This document shows positions 9,664-20,217 of a DNA stretch of 64,000 nt, in pieces (position 1 is the stretch's first letter; every line of letters starts with the position of its first letter). The position numbers were made by a program, and so were the translations under genes. Source of the stretch: an uncultured Acidobacteriota bacterium (GTDB taxonomy: Bacteria > Acidobacteriota > UBA6911); assembly GCA_963827655.1 (NCBI GenBank), contig CAWHCF010000044.1, positions 71,242 through 135,241 of the forward strand, read 5' to 3'. The notes under the pieces are model-generated. The model was not told the DNA's origin and did no database searches. It saw only the letters and a list, made by a program, of their open reading frames with translations.

Positions 9664-12600
9664 TCGTCGGGCTCCATGGCCCCGGCGGTTTCCCCGATCC
9701 GGCTATGGCGAAGCACTGCGGGGTCCGCCGCTTTCCTTTCCTCCCGCTGGATCCGCTCCTTGGAACATACGGTGAGGTAATCACAATATTCGCAATGTCC
9801 CTGGGGGTGGACGCTTCCCCGCGTCCGCGGAAAGAAAATACCGTTTTCAATCCCGTCTCCAATGGTCTCGAGAATGCCGGGAAGATGGTCGACACCTTTC
9901 ACAAGCTCCTGGGGGTCGAAGGAACAAGAAACAGTTCTTCCGTCCCTCGGCTGGAGATGGAGGAACTCTCCCTGAACACTTGAAACACCGGAAAGTTCCG
10001 GAAGTCCGGAGAGTGCGGCGCGATAAACGGCGAGCTGCATTTTCTCGCCAGCCATAAGAGAGATTCGTTCCTTTCCTTCCATGGTCTTCGGAAGGACGCC
10101 GACCTTGTAATCGAGCACACGCGCCCGAGTCCCATCAGCAGACAGGTCGATCCGGTCGATCCTGCCGCGAAAATCAAAGGTGTGCCGTCCAGCGACTACG
10201 CGGTAAGCAGGTAATTGAGCCTTTGGCAACTGTCCGAATGTTAGCTCGACGTAGGCGGGCGCAAGCCCTTCGTGTGATCGGTTGATTTCAAATGCCAGCC
10301 AGTTGCGAAGCATCGCGAAGAGAAAATCGAGCTCCACTTGCCACAGCAGTTCCGGAATACCCGGCGGCCGCGCGCTCTCCAACCGGCTGCGCGCCTCGGA
10401 GGCCAGGCGGATTTGAAGCTCTTCCATGGAGTGTTTAACCAGGGATTCTCTTGCAAAGCGCTCCAGTATTTCGTGAATGACCTCGCCGCGAACCAGCGGG
10501 TCGATGCTCTCGCCGGTCTGACCTCCTCCCACGGTTCAAGTTGAATGACCCGGCGAAGAAAAAACAAGTACGGGCACTTTGCGTATTCTTCCAGGCGGCT
10601 GGCCGAGACCTGGCCGGCCGAGGTTCCGACTCGCCCGGCTATCCAGCGCAGGAGTTCAGGGTGACGAATACGTCCATCGAACCGGGTCAGCCTCTTCTCC
10701 CAGCGCGCGCGGCTGTAAGCGATCGGACCGGCCATTCGTAACGGGTCCGCCCGCAGCAGCCGGTACAGGACTCTTTGGGGTCGTGGCTGGTCGAGCAGCA
10801 GGCGAAGCCTTACTTCTGCCTCATCAACGGCTATATCGTCGCCGCCGGGTGCGGGACGGTCCAGACGTACGGAGCGAAAGCCGGGGATATTCTCCTGCGT
10901 GAGATCCCGATAACTGACGGGTCGCCCTCGAGCCGCAGCTACTGCTCGCAGGAAGAAGGTCGATGGCAGTCGCTCGCGATCCGTATTCTCTTCCAGGCGC
11001 GAGGACATGAGCACCAAACGTTTCTCGGCCGACCGCACGGCCATATCGAAGAGCAGCTTTTCCTCTTCGCTTCGCTCCCACTTGATCGGAAGTCTCGGCG
11101 TGAGCCTCGACCGTTCTTCGTCGAAAAGCAGCGGATCCTGCCTCAACTTCGACGGGAATCTTCCTTCTTCCAGTCCCGGGATAATGACCAGGGGAAAACG
11201 GAGGCCACGCGATGCGGCCAGCGAGAGAATATTGACGCCGCTGCGCTGAAAGCTGCCGTGCGGAAGGGAAAGCGAGTTGAGCGTATCCTTCAAGACACTC
11301 ACCAGCCGGGCGCGTCCGACCTTCTGCTCGACTCGTGCGGTTTCGGCCACTTCGCCGAGGGAGGCCAGGTTATCGAGTGCGTTCGAAAAGACCAACCAGT
11401 CGCGTGACAGCCCGAGAAGCGGCTGCAGGCGCCGCTCGAGAAAATCGGCCCAGTCTTGCCAGGAGAGTAAGTCGGGCCATTGAACAGCAGCTTGTCTGAG
11501 GGCCGTCCACCCGGAGCGGAGCGCCTGGGCGTCGTGCAGGCGGGTCCGCGCCTGAGAGACCAAAAGGCGAAACTCACTCGCGCGTTCTTCCGGCTGATCG
11601 GTCACCAGGGCCTCCGCCCGGAGCAGCGCGCGTCGAGCATCGAGGACCAATTCCTCAGTACCGTCATCCCAGGACTGAATTCCCGCAAGGAAGCCGGGAT
11701 GATTGGTCATCGCTCGCCACGCGGCCGCATTCCAGTTGTCCGGGGCGTCCTCCGGCAAGCATGCACTCACTAACTCGACTGTCTGGAGGATCGACTGGCG
11801 CGAAAAGGATTCTGATGCCAGGGAGGCAATCGCCAAAACGGCGCGTCCCAAAACCCGCTCGCCGAAAGCACGGCCGCCATGAATGTAATAGGGTATGCCG
11901 CGCAGTTGGAAGGCCTCTGTAAGAATGGGCGCGTCCTCATTCAAATGCCTGAGAAGGATCGCGCTCTCGTGAAAGCCGGCGATCTCACCTTCACGAACGG
12001 CTCGAAGAATCTCGCGCACGACCTCGATCGCAGCGCGCGATTCCCCTGGAACTGAAACGAAAGCAAAGCTTCCATCGGACGCAGGACCCGGCGTCCGGAT
12101 CTCCGCCGATGGCGTGCGGCCCGAAAGATCCTCAGATGAACGCCCAGCAGATGCGCTCGACATCCAGATCCGGTCGGCCAAGACTCCGAGGCCTCTGCTT
12201 GCATTCTTATGGAACACGGGCTCGGGATTGACTCCCAATTCTTTCGAACGTGACTCGACGAAGGGGCGCGCAAAGGCGGACGCGGCCTGGTTCAGGTAGG
12301 GAATGAAGTAGACAAGCTCCAGGACATCCCTCAGACTGCCGAGTAAGTCCGACTGCCGTCCGGTCACATCGTAGATTCCATAGATGAGAAGACTCTGGGT
12401 CTGAAGAACCTCGCTGGCCCTGACGCTCTCCGCTATGGCCCAGGAGAAATCGTCATCCACGTCGCAGAACAGACTCAAACGCTCGTAAAAGCGCTGGAAA
12501 AGTTCTGCCAGTGCTTCGAGTTGTTGCTTTCGGTCGCCTGGGAGACTCGGCCACTGACGCAGCTTCAGGAAGAAATCCTGCGGGGTGACGCCGGCGTCGC

Positions 12601-12988
12601 GTAGATCACGGAAAGTATCCAGAACCGAGTTCCTAAACCCCGGGTACTTCGAGACTGCGGCGAACGGGGCCGGCGCGTGTTGCTCGAGGATCGCGTCCAG
12701 AATCAGAGCCGCGCCGAGAAAAGGAAGTCTCGGTTTTCTCGACACTGCCGCGCGAGCCCGCCCGAGACGCGTCGCGAGGTCAAGAAAATTATAGAACCGG
12801 ATGTTGGCTGCAGGCCCTCGTTGCTCGGCGAGTCGGTAGTTGAGGTAGGACGAAAGGGCATTGGAACCCACCAGTATGCAGACCGGAACCAGTGGACCTT
12901 CTCTTTGAAGCCTCGATATTTCGTCGAAGAGTCGCACTTCAAGCGCGGCAAGCGTCCCCGTATAAATGCGATGAACCATCACTCGCAT
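9660..12988 (-). pseudogene. addB: AddB-like helicase-nuclease subunit B, split into two ORFs (12988..10241 and 10532..9660) by an apparent frameshift near 10515-10535
   Basis: N-terminal ORF (915 aa): inactive helicase-like domain ending in the AddB nuclease lead-in SASRLEEYAKCPYLFFLRRVIQLEPWEEV, then junk. C-terminal ORF (290 aa): continues with GESIDPLVRGEVIHEILERF ... VLDYKVGV ... CEYCDYLTVC (Fe-S cysteines). Joined length is about 1110 aa, as expected for AddB. The frames differ by one nucleotide, near a CCTCCTCCC run. Confidence 0.7.
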
Positions 12989-13245
12989 TTAAACACAACG
13001 GCAGGAGGAAACAAGGTTACATTCTTAACGTTTGTTCGTGTCTTTGCGTCTTCGGGGTTGGTTTGTGTTCAGGCATTAACCACAAAGACTCGAAGACACT
13101 AAGGTTCGTTCGGGGGACTTCGCCCCGAACGAAAGGCTCTTGCGAACGACAACACGTTGGTTTGAACGTTTTCGCTGAGCGCCCAAGACACGCGAAGCAT
13201 CTTGTGGTAATTTTCTATGTCTCATTGAACCTTGAGGGTCCGACT

Positions 13246-15079
13246 ATGATCTCTCCTTGGCGCCTTTTCCGGATTTTCTGTTGCCTGCTCGTCTTTTTTC
13301 TATCGAGCTTCGCAGCCTCACCCAGATTCCAATCCGAACCTTACCTTCAACACGTCAAGTACCTGGCAAGCGACGAGCTCAAGGGTCGTGGAAACGGAAC
13401 GCCGGAGTTGGAACGCGCCGCTGAATACATCGCACAGCAATACCTCGCCGCCGGTCTCCAGCCGGCAGGGGACAACGGCACTTTTTTCCAAAGCTTTCAA
13501 CTCACGACGGGAAGCCGTCTCGGACCAAACAACCGGCTCACGCTCTTCGCCGGGCACGAATCCTTCGAGGCGGCCCTGCAGCGGGATTTCGTGCCCATCG
13601 TAATCGGCGAGAGGACCACCGTAAAGGGCGAGGTGGTTTTTGCCGGGTACGGAATCACGGCGGAAGAGCACAACTACGACGACTACAAGAACCTGGACGT
13701 GACCGACAAGATAGTCCTGGCGCTGGCTCACGAACCGCGCGAAAACGAAGCCGGCACTCCGTTTAATGGTCAGGAGCCCACCCTGCACGGGCACGACAAT
13801 ACCAAGGCGCTCAATGCAAAATTCAGGGGCGCTCTCGCTCTCCTGATTGTGCAAGATCCAGCCAACCACTCGAGCGAGTCAGTCGATCTTCCGGATCCCA
13901 GTGGGTCTCAAGGCAACGACCTGGGAATTTGCGTTCTTCGAATCTCGTCCAGTCTGGCCCGGCGATTGCTGGAGGCAGATAAGAAGGACCTTTTGGACCT
14001 TCAGAAGAGCATTGACAGGAATCTGGCTCCCCAAAGTTTTTCGCTCAGCGGAGCAGCCGTGAGCCTGGAAGTCGACGTGGTCCGGGTGCGAAGCGAAGTG
14101 CGCAACGTAGTCGGGCTCCTGCCGGGACTGGACCCTGCGCTCGCCGACGAAACCGTCGTGCTTGGAGCTCACTACGACCACCTCGGACTGGGGGGGCGCG
14201 ACTCGATGGTACCTAAACTCGTCGGCCAGATTCACAACGGGGCTGACGACAACGCCAGCGGCACCGCCGGAGTATTGGAATTGGCCGCTGCCCTCTCCAG
14301 GGACAATTCGGCGCGGAGGCGATCCTATTTGTTCATGGCCTTCGCGGGGGAAGAGCTTGGACTGCATGGCTCGGCCCATTGGACCAACCATCCGACCAGG
14401 ACTTTGAAGAAGGTTGTCGCCATGCTCAACATGGACATGATCGGGCGCAGCCGCGGCAATCAGATTACGCTGGGCGGGATTGGTACTTCACCGCTGTTTC
14501 CCGAACTGGTAAAAGACTCGGCAGCCCAGTCCGGCATTGAAGTTAGGACCTCTCAGAGCGGATACGGCAGCAGCGATCACACCTCGTTTTACGTAAAGGA
14601 CGTTCCTGTCCTGTTCTTTTTTTCAGGATTGCACAGCGACTACCATCGCCCCACAGATGACTGGGAAAAGATCAATGCGCCCGGCGCTATCAGGATCTTA
14701 GAGATGGTTTACCAGATCGCCACGCGTCTCAATATTGCGCAGTCGCGGCCGCAATTCACCAAAGTTGATGAGCCGGTGACGACCGGCTCCACGCGGGGGC
14801 GGCGGCACGGGCTACGGCGCGTACTTCGGTTCTATCCCGGATATGACTGATGAGGTCAAAGGAGTTCGATTCGTAGACATCCGACCCAACAGCCCCGCCG
14901 CAAAGGCCGGCCTAAAGGCGAACGACACGCTGGTAAGGTTCGCCGGGATGGAGATCAAGAACCTTCAGGATTTCACGTACATGCTGCGCACACATAAGCC
15001 GGGAGAGCTGGTCGAGGTTACGGTTGTGCGCGACGGCAAGCCTTTGACCGTCGAGGTAAGGTTAGAGGTCAGGCGATAG
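13246..15079 (+). CDS. M28 family metallopeptidase with PA domain and C-terminal PDZ domain; PDZ tail is in a different frame (apparent frameshift near 14800-14810)
   Basis: Signal peptide (MISPWRLFRIFCCLLVFFLSSFAAS). M28 zinc-ligand blocks (HYDHLGLGG ... NGADDNASGTAGVLELAAAL ... FAGEELGLHGS). ORF 14843..15079 encodes a PDZ domain (GVRFVDIRPNSPAAKAGLKANDTLVRFAG); its frame reads ...RGGGGTGYGAYFGSIPDMTDEV upstream to a stop at about 14788. A GGGGG homopolymer sits at the junction. Confidence 0.7.
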
Positions 15080-15916
15080 TTGTTGGATGCGTTCAAGACA
15101 GTCCAGGCTTCGATCCAACGTCACCCGCTGAGCGGGGTCGAGGCTGAACTCGATGACCTCTTGCAAGCCCTGGGGTCCCAGGATCGCCGGAGCGCAGAGA
15201 AAGAGGGCGCGCGCGCCATACTTGCCTCGCGACCACACGTAGCAGGAATGCACCGCTCCTCTCTTCCGGAGCAGGTCTCTAAGAACATTCACGGCCGCGG
15301 TGGCAAGATTACGGGGTCCAGGAAGGGATCGCGTGGTCACTTCTGCGGCGACCCGCCTCAGCTGCGGTGGTGACAGGAATCTGTCCAGGGATTGACCCGC
15401 CAGACTGGCAAACACCAGGTATAAACCCTCCCGCGGCGGCGCGCCCAAGAGAGATGCCGAGACATCCTGGTGAGAGCACCGCAACGCCTGAGCAAAATGA
15501 TGCCGCCAGGTGGACGCCAGCGCTTCAGGAAACGTCGCCACAATTCTCTCGGGAGCGAAGCCCGCGGCCCGGGCGGCCGCCATCAGGCGCGCCGGGTCAT
15601 TGATTGCCAGGAGTACTACCGCATTCCCGGCCCTGTCGCCGAGCGATCGAAAGAGCGCGCCCGCCTCATCGAACGAGCCGTCCATGTTCGCGATCAAGAC
15701 GTAGCTCGAATCCACGACCTCCGCCACTTTCTGTGAACCGCGGATCCGCGTCTCTGCTTTCAGAACTGGATTGGCCTGCATAAGATCGAGTGCCTTCCCT
15801 TCTGCAGTCCCAGGCTCGGGATCGACCAGTAAGATCTCACCCGGCCAGTCCGTGTCGGCCAATTTTTGGGCGATCGTGGTTCCGAGCTCGTTGCATCCGA
15901 CAATCGATAGTTTCAT
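15062..15916 (-). CDS. Divergent lactate/malate dehydrogenase-like protein (Ldh_1 fold, probably non-canonical)
   Basis: N-terminus MKLSIVGCNELGTTIAQKLA...ILLVD aligns with the LDH/MDH Rossmann start, but the GxGxxG motif is degenerate (GCNELG) and the usual catalytic His/Arg block is not recognisable. C-terminal half resembles Ldh_1_C. Confidence 0.45.
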   Translation of the reverse strand: MKLSIVGCNELGTTIAQKLADTDWPGEILLVDPEPGTAEGKALDLMQANPVLKAETRIRGSQKVAEVVDSSYVLIANMDGSFDEAGALFRSLGDRAGNAVVLLAINDPARLMAAARAAGFAPERIVATFPEALASTWRHHFAQALRCSHQDVSASLLGAPPREGLYLVFASLAGQSLDRFLSPPQLRRVAAEVTTRSLPGPRNLATAAVNVLRDLLRKRGAVHSCYVWSRGKYGARALFLCAPAILGPQGLQEVIEFSLDPAQRVTLDRSLDCLERIQQLSPDL

Positions 15917-16092
15917 TGGAGACGTCAGCTCTTAGTTTCCAGAGGTTTTTGCCTGGCAGTTGACGCGCAAAGACCAGAGCGGTCACTAATGCGACGATAC
16001 CAGGAAACCAGAAACCGTTGTCGACAAGAGTACTTGTTCGCCCAAACCTTTGATGATAAAATCTGCACTGTCAACCCAAAATCCCGAACACC

Positions 16093-16599
16093 TTGCCGCC
16101 GGATGAGTTTGAGATGGAGCAAAAAGACTATCTTGGTTTAGCTTACGACCTGTTTGAGGAAGCCTACGAGCACCAGATGGACGGAGACCTCGAGACCGCG
16201 ATCCAGCTTTATCGCCGGTCGATAGAGACTTACCCCACGGCCGAAGCCCACACTTTCCTCGGTTGGACCTACAGCTTTCAGGGAAAACTTGACGACGCGA
16301 TCGCCGAATGCAAGAAAGCGATCGAGATCGATCCAGATTTCGGGAATCCCTATAACGACATCGGAGCCTATCTCATCGAAAAGGCGCAATACCAGGAGGC
16401 TATCCCCTGGCTGATGAAAGCCGCTTCGGCCAAGCGTTACGACAACTATCATTTTGCTCACTACAATCTGGGTCGCGTCTATGCCGCGATGGACCTTTTC
16501 ACGAAAGCGCGCCAAGAATTTGAGAGGGCGCTGGAGATCCATTCAGGTTATGTCATGGCCGAGGAGGCCCTGAAGACGGTCAAGAGAAGCATCCACTAG
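16093..16599 (+). CDS. Tetratricopeptide repeat protein
   Basis: About 4 TPR units (AIQLYRRSIETYPTAEAHTFLGWTY / AIAECKKAIEIDPDFGNPYNDIGAY / AIPWLMKAASAKRYDNYHFAHYNLGRVY / ARQEFERALEIH). Alternative start at 16114. Confidence 0.7.
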   Translation: MPPDEFEMEQKDYLGLAYDLFEEAYEHQMDGDLETAIQLYRRSIETYPTAEAHTFLGWTYSFQGKLDDAIAECKKAIEIDPDFGNPYNDIGAYLIEKAQYQEAIPWLMKAASAKRYDNYHFAHYNLGRVYAAMDLFTKARQEFERALEIHSGYVMAEEALKTVKRSIH

Positions 16600-16653
16600 C
16601 GTTAGAAGTCTCTGGCGGCCCGGCGGGCCGCCGAGGCGTGTAGCTCCGACCGC

Positions 16654-17061
16654 ATGACTGAAGTTTCCCACCATCGTATTGCCGTAGCCATCATCGAGCA
16701 AGAGGGTAAATTCCTGATTACGCAGCGCAAGAGTGAAGGTCCTTTTGCAGGCTTCTGGGAACTCCCCGGCGGTAAGTGCCACGCCGGGGAAGATCCTGCC
16801 GATTGTGTGGTCCGCGAAGTCCTGGAGGAGACCGGCCTGGTCGTGGCTCCCGGAGCACGCGCCTGCGTGATCGAACACGCCTATTCCGAATGCACCGTCG
16901 AGATTCATGCTTATTTTTGCCGCATCCGGCAAGGAACTCCCAGCTGCTTCGCCTCGCAGGCCTCCGCCTGGATCGGCTGGGATGAAATTGAGCATTACAA
17001 TTTTCCTGCGGCCAACCGCCTGCTCTTTGCCCAGGCATCGAATTTGCGCCCAAAGCCTTGA
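16654..17061 (+). CDS. mutT: NUDIX hydrolase, MutT-like (8-oxo-dGTP diphosphatase / (d)CTP pyrophosphohydrolase family)
   Basis: Nudix box GFWELPGGKCHAGEDPADCVVREVLEETG. Size (135 aa) and the HHRIAVAIIEQEGKFLITQR N-terminus are typical of MutT. Confidence 0.85.
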   Translation: MTEVSHHRIAVAIIEQEGKFLITQRKSEGPFAGFWELPGGKCHAGEDPADCVVREVLEETGLVVAPGARACVIEHAYSECTVEIHAYFCRIRQGTPSCFASQASAWIGWDEIEHYNFPAANRLLFAQASNLRPKP

Positions 17062-17128
17062 AACTAAAGTTCCTGGAGACCTTTCGCATTGCGGCGTTTG
17101 GTCTCCCGACAGTAGTGGCCTGTCTCGC

Positions 17129-17839
17129 TTATGAGCCCAGGGTCAGGCAAAGCTCTTCGAGGTTTCGCACTCGAAATCCGTCCGTCCAGCCAGGATACCT
17201 CTCTTGACGGTCGACCAGGAAGGCTGAGAGCCCGGCTCGCCGGGCGCCCTCAACATCTTCCTCCAGAGAATCTCCTGCGTGTACCGCGTGTGAACCTGAG
17301 ACCTGCATGGCTTTGAGCCCCTCGTGAAATATGGCAGCGCTCGGTTTAGCGGCACCTGCCCGGCTGGAAACCGTGACCCGGTCGAAAAAAGAATTCAGGT
17401 CGAGAACCGACAGCACATCGTGAAGACGAGAGTCGAAATTCGAAACTATACCCAGCCGATACCCCCGACGTCGCAGTCTCTCCAGGCTCGCTCGAGTGTC
17501 GGGAAAAAGGTGCCATGCTTCGCCCTTCCTGAAAAATTCAAAGATCTCTTCGAAATACTGCTCGAACGCTGATTCGGGCATTCTACTCTTCAGCGTCTTT
17601 CGCATGACCTCCTTCCACCAAAGGCGTTCTGCTCCGCAAGCCTCACTTTCATTGAGACCAGGGAAGGCCAGAGGGGGCGCGGTTTTGAAAGCCTCGACGA
17701 AAGCGCTATCGATTTCTCGGGGATCGAGCGAGCAGCCATGACGCAGCCCGAAGCGGCTGTAGATTTGTCCCACTGAACCGCGGACCTCGAACAACGTCCC
17801 ACCGGCGTCGAGAAAAACAACTTCGATATCACCCGTCAT
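17129..17839 (-). CDS. HAD-superfamily hydrolase (subfamily IA-like)
   Basis: Motif I VVFLDAGGTLF (DxG variant), motif II GIVSNFD, C-terminal GDSLEEDVEGARRAG. The start is moved to the Met 12 codons into the ORF (17839), just before motif I. Confidence 0.75.
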   Translation of the reverse strand: MTGDIEVVFLDAGGTLFEVRGSVGQIYSRFGLRHGCSLDPREIDSAFVEAFKTAPPLAFPGLNESEACGAERLWWKEVMRKTLKSRMPESAFEQYFEEIFEFFRKGEAWHLFPDTRASLERLRRRGYRLGIVSNFDSRLHDVLSVLDLNSFFDRVTVSSRAGAAKPSAAIFHEGLKAMQVSGSHAVHAGDSLEEDVEGARRAGLSAFLVDRQERYPGWTDGFRVRNLEELCLTLGS

Positions 17840-18258
17840 TCGCTTCGTCAGCCCCGCCGTCTCTGTACCACACAATTCAGTTCGATGAAATCCCCGCCTG
17901 CGATTTCTGGCTCTCTCGCTTAGTATTTCGGGACTTCGTTTCCAACCCTGGGCTCCGCGTAACTGACTGAAGATAAAATGATGTAACTCGACGGGCTGGT
18001 ACTTTCCAATTGACTTTCAGATGCCCGCGGGAGCATGATCGAGCCGTATTCTGGGGGGTCAAGAACCTCGGCAGGAACCGAAGCAAATCATTAGGACGAG
18101 ACGGTGATATCGAAGTACGCAGGCTGCAACTAAGGCCCACGTAATTTTGCGGCTGAGCAATCTCGCGTTGAGCTCGGATTCTTGAGATTCAAATGAGCGC
18201 CGAGCAGGCATAGCTGGGGAGCGACTGCCGGAACGGCCTTAGTTTTCAGGTACAGGCA

Positions 18259-18789
18259 ATGAGCCCGTCAAGCCATGGCTTCCTGGTGATGGACGCCTCG
18301 CTCAAGCTGATTTATGCCAATGCTGAAGCCATCCATATCTTGGTCTACCCGGAAAATCCTCAAAAGGTAAAGTCGCTAGACAGCCTTCTCGCCGAGAAGA
18401 TCCGAACAGTCCTCCTCAAGCAACCGTCGTCACCGAAGGCCGGCTTCGTCGCCGAGCTCAGGTCGGGAAGGAGGCGCTACCTGTGTCGCGCATTTTCTCT
18501 TAATCCTTACTCGAAGAATCCTGGTGGCCAGGAAAGTCTGGCCATTCAGTTCGAACGAACCCGTCAAGTGACCTTGAACGGTTCCCAGATTGCCGAGAGA
18601 TTCAACTTGACCCCGCGGGAACAACAGACGCTCGAATACCTGATCCAGGGGCTGACCAGTAAGGAAATTGCAGACCGAATGCATATCAGCGTCAATACAG
18701 TGAAAGCCTTTCTCAGGCTGATCATGGTGAAAATGGGGGTCACGACCCGATCGGGAATCGTTGGCATGCTGTTCGAGGTCAGACCATAG
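18259..18789 (+). CDS. LuxR/GerE-family transcriptional regulator with an uncharacterised N-terminal domain (EpsA-like polysaccharide-locus regulator)
   Basis: C-terminal HTH LTPREQQTLEYLIQGLTSKEIADRMHISVNTVKAFLRLIMVKMGV. The N-terminal 110 aa carry no recognisable receiver or PAS signature. It sits divergently from the HAD gene, at the head of the polysaccharide locus. Confidence 0.8.
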   Translation: MSPSSHGFLVMDASLKLIYANAEAIHILVYPENPQKVKSLDSLLAEKIRTVLLKQPSSPKAGFVAELRSGRRRYLCRAFSLNPYSKNPGGQESLAIQFERTRQVTLNGSQIAERFNLTPREQQTLEYLIQGLTSKEIADRMHISVNTVKAFLRLIMVKMGVTTRSGIVGMLFEVRP

Positions 18790-18879
18790 GGCGGCCGTCT
18801 CGGTTCTCTGGAAGCATGGGTCTGTAGTCAGTTCGAACTAATTCCTTTGGAGAATAGCATTCAAGCATAAAGGGGATTA

Positions 18880-19206
18880 TTGTCGCGGCCGATGAAGCCC
18901 CAGCAAGATCCGGACAGGCGCCAACACGCCCGGTACCCTCTAACGCGAGACCTGAAGATCCAGGTACTTCCTTTGCTCCGCTCCTCGAGTAAAAAGCGAG
19001 TGGAGATTCAGGGCCGGGTTCAAAACATTGGCGCCGGGGGCTTATGCCTTACCACCAGCCAGCCTCTTGAGGTCTACCGTCCCGTTTTGTGCGACATCCC
19101 TCTTTCTGCGGTCCCCGTCAAAATCCCGATCCTTATGCAGGTCCGCTGGGCTGTGAAGAGCTCAACCGGTGATCGTTTCAGAGTCGGCCTCCAGTTCCTT
19201 CTTTGA
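18880..19206 (+). CDS. Stand-alone PilZ-domain protein (putative c-di-GMP receptor)
   Basis: RxxxR motif (RRQHARYPL) and a D/NxSxxG-like motif (VQNIGAGGLCL) at PilZ-typical spacing. TTG start at 18880 (alternative ATG at 18892); AAAGGGG SD upstream. Confidence 0.65.
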   Translation: MSRPMKPQQDPDRRQHARYPLTRDLKIQVLPLLRSSSKKRVEIQGRVQNIGAGGLCLTTSQPLEVYRPVLCDIPLSAVPVKIPILMQVRWAVKSSTGDRFRVGLQFLL

Positions 19207-19860
19207 TCACGTTGGCGCTATAGAACAGGTGTCTGTTATGAAAGGGTTGATTCAGCGGGTGCGCAGCCGGAGAGAGTATCTAACCCGAATGGACTAACCC
19301 GCCAGGCTAATTCCTCCGGAGAGTTGAAATGTTCGGGGATGTGTCCGACTATAACGCAATACGCTTGATGATTAGTCGAGCACGACCCCGCTCAACAACG
19401 CCGTGAGGAAGGGGCATGAGGGTGCGAGACGCTGGAATTATTTAGACGATGGTTTTTGCATCAGGGAACTTGATTTATTCACTTGACGACGTAAGGGCAA
19501 GGTTGTTGTAATAAAGCACCCTCTCATCGCGCTGCCCTTGGGCAGCCTAATGCCCTGAATAAACCTGCTGGAGTTTTTCGCTCCGATCGTGCGGCTTTGA
19601 GGCCCGCCGTTTCGCATACCTAAAGGCACCATGTACGAGATCATTTTCTCCAGATCTACGCGCGGCTCCTGTTCGTACTGGTCCGGTAGGGGCCAAGAAA
19701 ACCATCGAGACGAGACCTGGGGGCTACAAGCGCGATCTGAAGCTCGGCCCAAAGAATTGACCGATGGTGAAACGTCCGGCATGGCACCTGGCACAATGAA
19801 CACAGAACCAGTAGCCGGCGGTTTGCGGTGGGATAGATCTCGGACTCTGGCGTTTTTTTT

Positions 19861-19878
19861 GCTTCCATCGATGGTAGC
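19861..19878. repeat. Palindromic element copy 1: GCTTCCATCGATGGTAGC (perfect 10-bp palindrome CCATCGATGG), preceded by a T8 run
   Basis: Seen directly. A near-identical copy lies 90 bp downstream. Candidate dimeric-regulator operator. Confidence 0.45.
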
Positions 19879-19950
19879 CCGTGCAAGAAAAAAGAAAATT
19901 GCAACTCGCGGAACGTTGGTGAATCAGCTTTACGGACTTTGAAGTTTTTC

Positions 19951-19970
19951 GTTTCCATCGTTGGTGATGC
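19951..19970. repeat. Palindromic element copy 2: GTTTCCATCGTTGGTGATGC (CCATCGTTGG), preceded by a T5 run
   Basis: Direct repeat of the 19861-19878 element (TTCCATCG[A/T]TGGT[A/G] shared), same orientation, 90-bp spacing. Confidence 0.45.
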
Positions 19971-20204
19971 GCAGTAAAAGGAACTTGAAACCATTGGTGT
20001 GTTATTGAATCAAGTTCCTCGATTCTCACTCGCTTCTGGTGTTTATTGGTTGGGTAAGAGGAATCCGGCCGCAGGGCGGATTTTCTCAGCCGACCGGGGC
20101 GAAAAGAGCTAAGATAGGGGATGGCGCGATGCCACACTTCATGTGGCTACTGGTAAAAGCGGAGCGCTGTCACCAAGATATCGAGTCTGCCTATGGGACT
20201 CAAA

Positions 20205-20217
20205 GGGCGGTAGTGCC
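20205..20217 (+). promoter_or_regulatory. ops-like element GGGCGGTAGTGCC (E. coli ops consensus GGCGGTAGCGTG), about 90 nt upstream of the RfaH/UpxY-like gene
   Basis: GGCGGTAG core at 20206-20213 on the coding (non-template) strand of the leader. 9/12 match to the RfaH recruitment site. Could be chance in a GC-rich genome. Confidence 0.3.

Noticed and set aside
13318-14391. Minus-strand ORFs of 183 and 170 aa inside the M28 peptidase gene
   Set aside because: Antisense shadows of a gene with clear M28 zinc-ligand motifs.
17062-17128. GGAGACC...GGTCTCC inverted repeat between the convergent NUDIX and HAD genes
   Set aside because: 7-bp stem with an 18-nt loop and no U-run; too weak to call a terminator.
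18790-18880. GTTCGAA (T-loop-like) heptamer in the LuxR-PilZ spacer
   Set aside because: No acceptor, D or anticodon stems can be built around it, so not a tRNA. No tRNA, rRNA or CRISPR array was found anywhere in the window.
19438-20137. Several 100-137-aa ORFs on both strands inside the leader region
   Set aside because: Mutually overlapping, no SD or domain support. The region is better explained as regulatory DNA.
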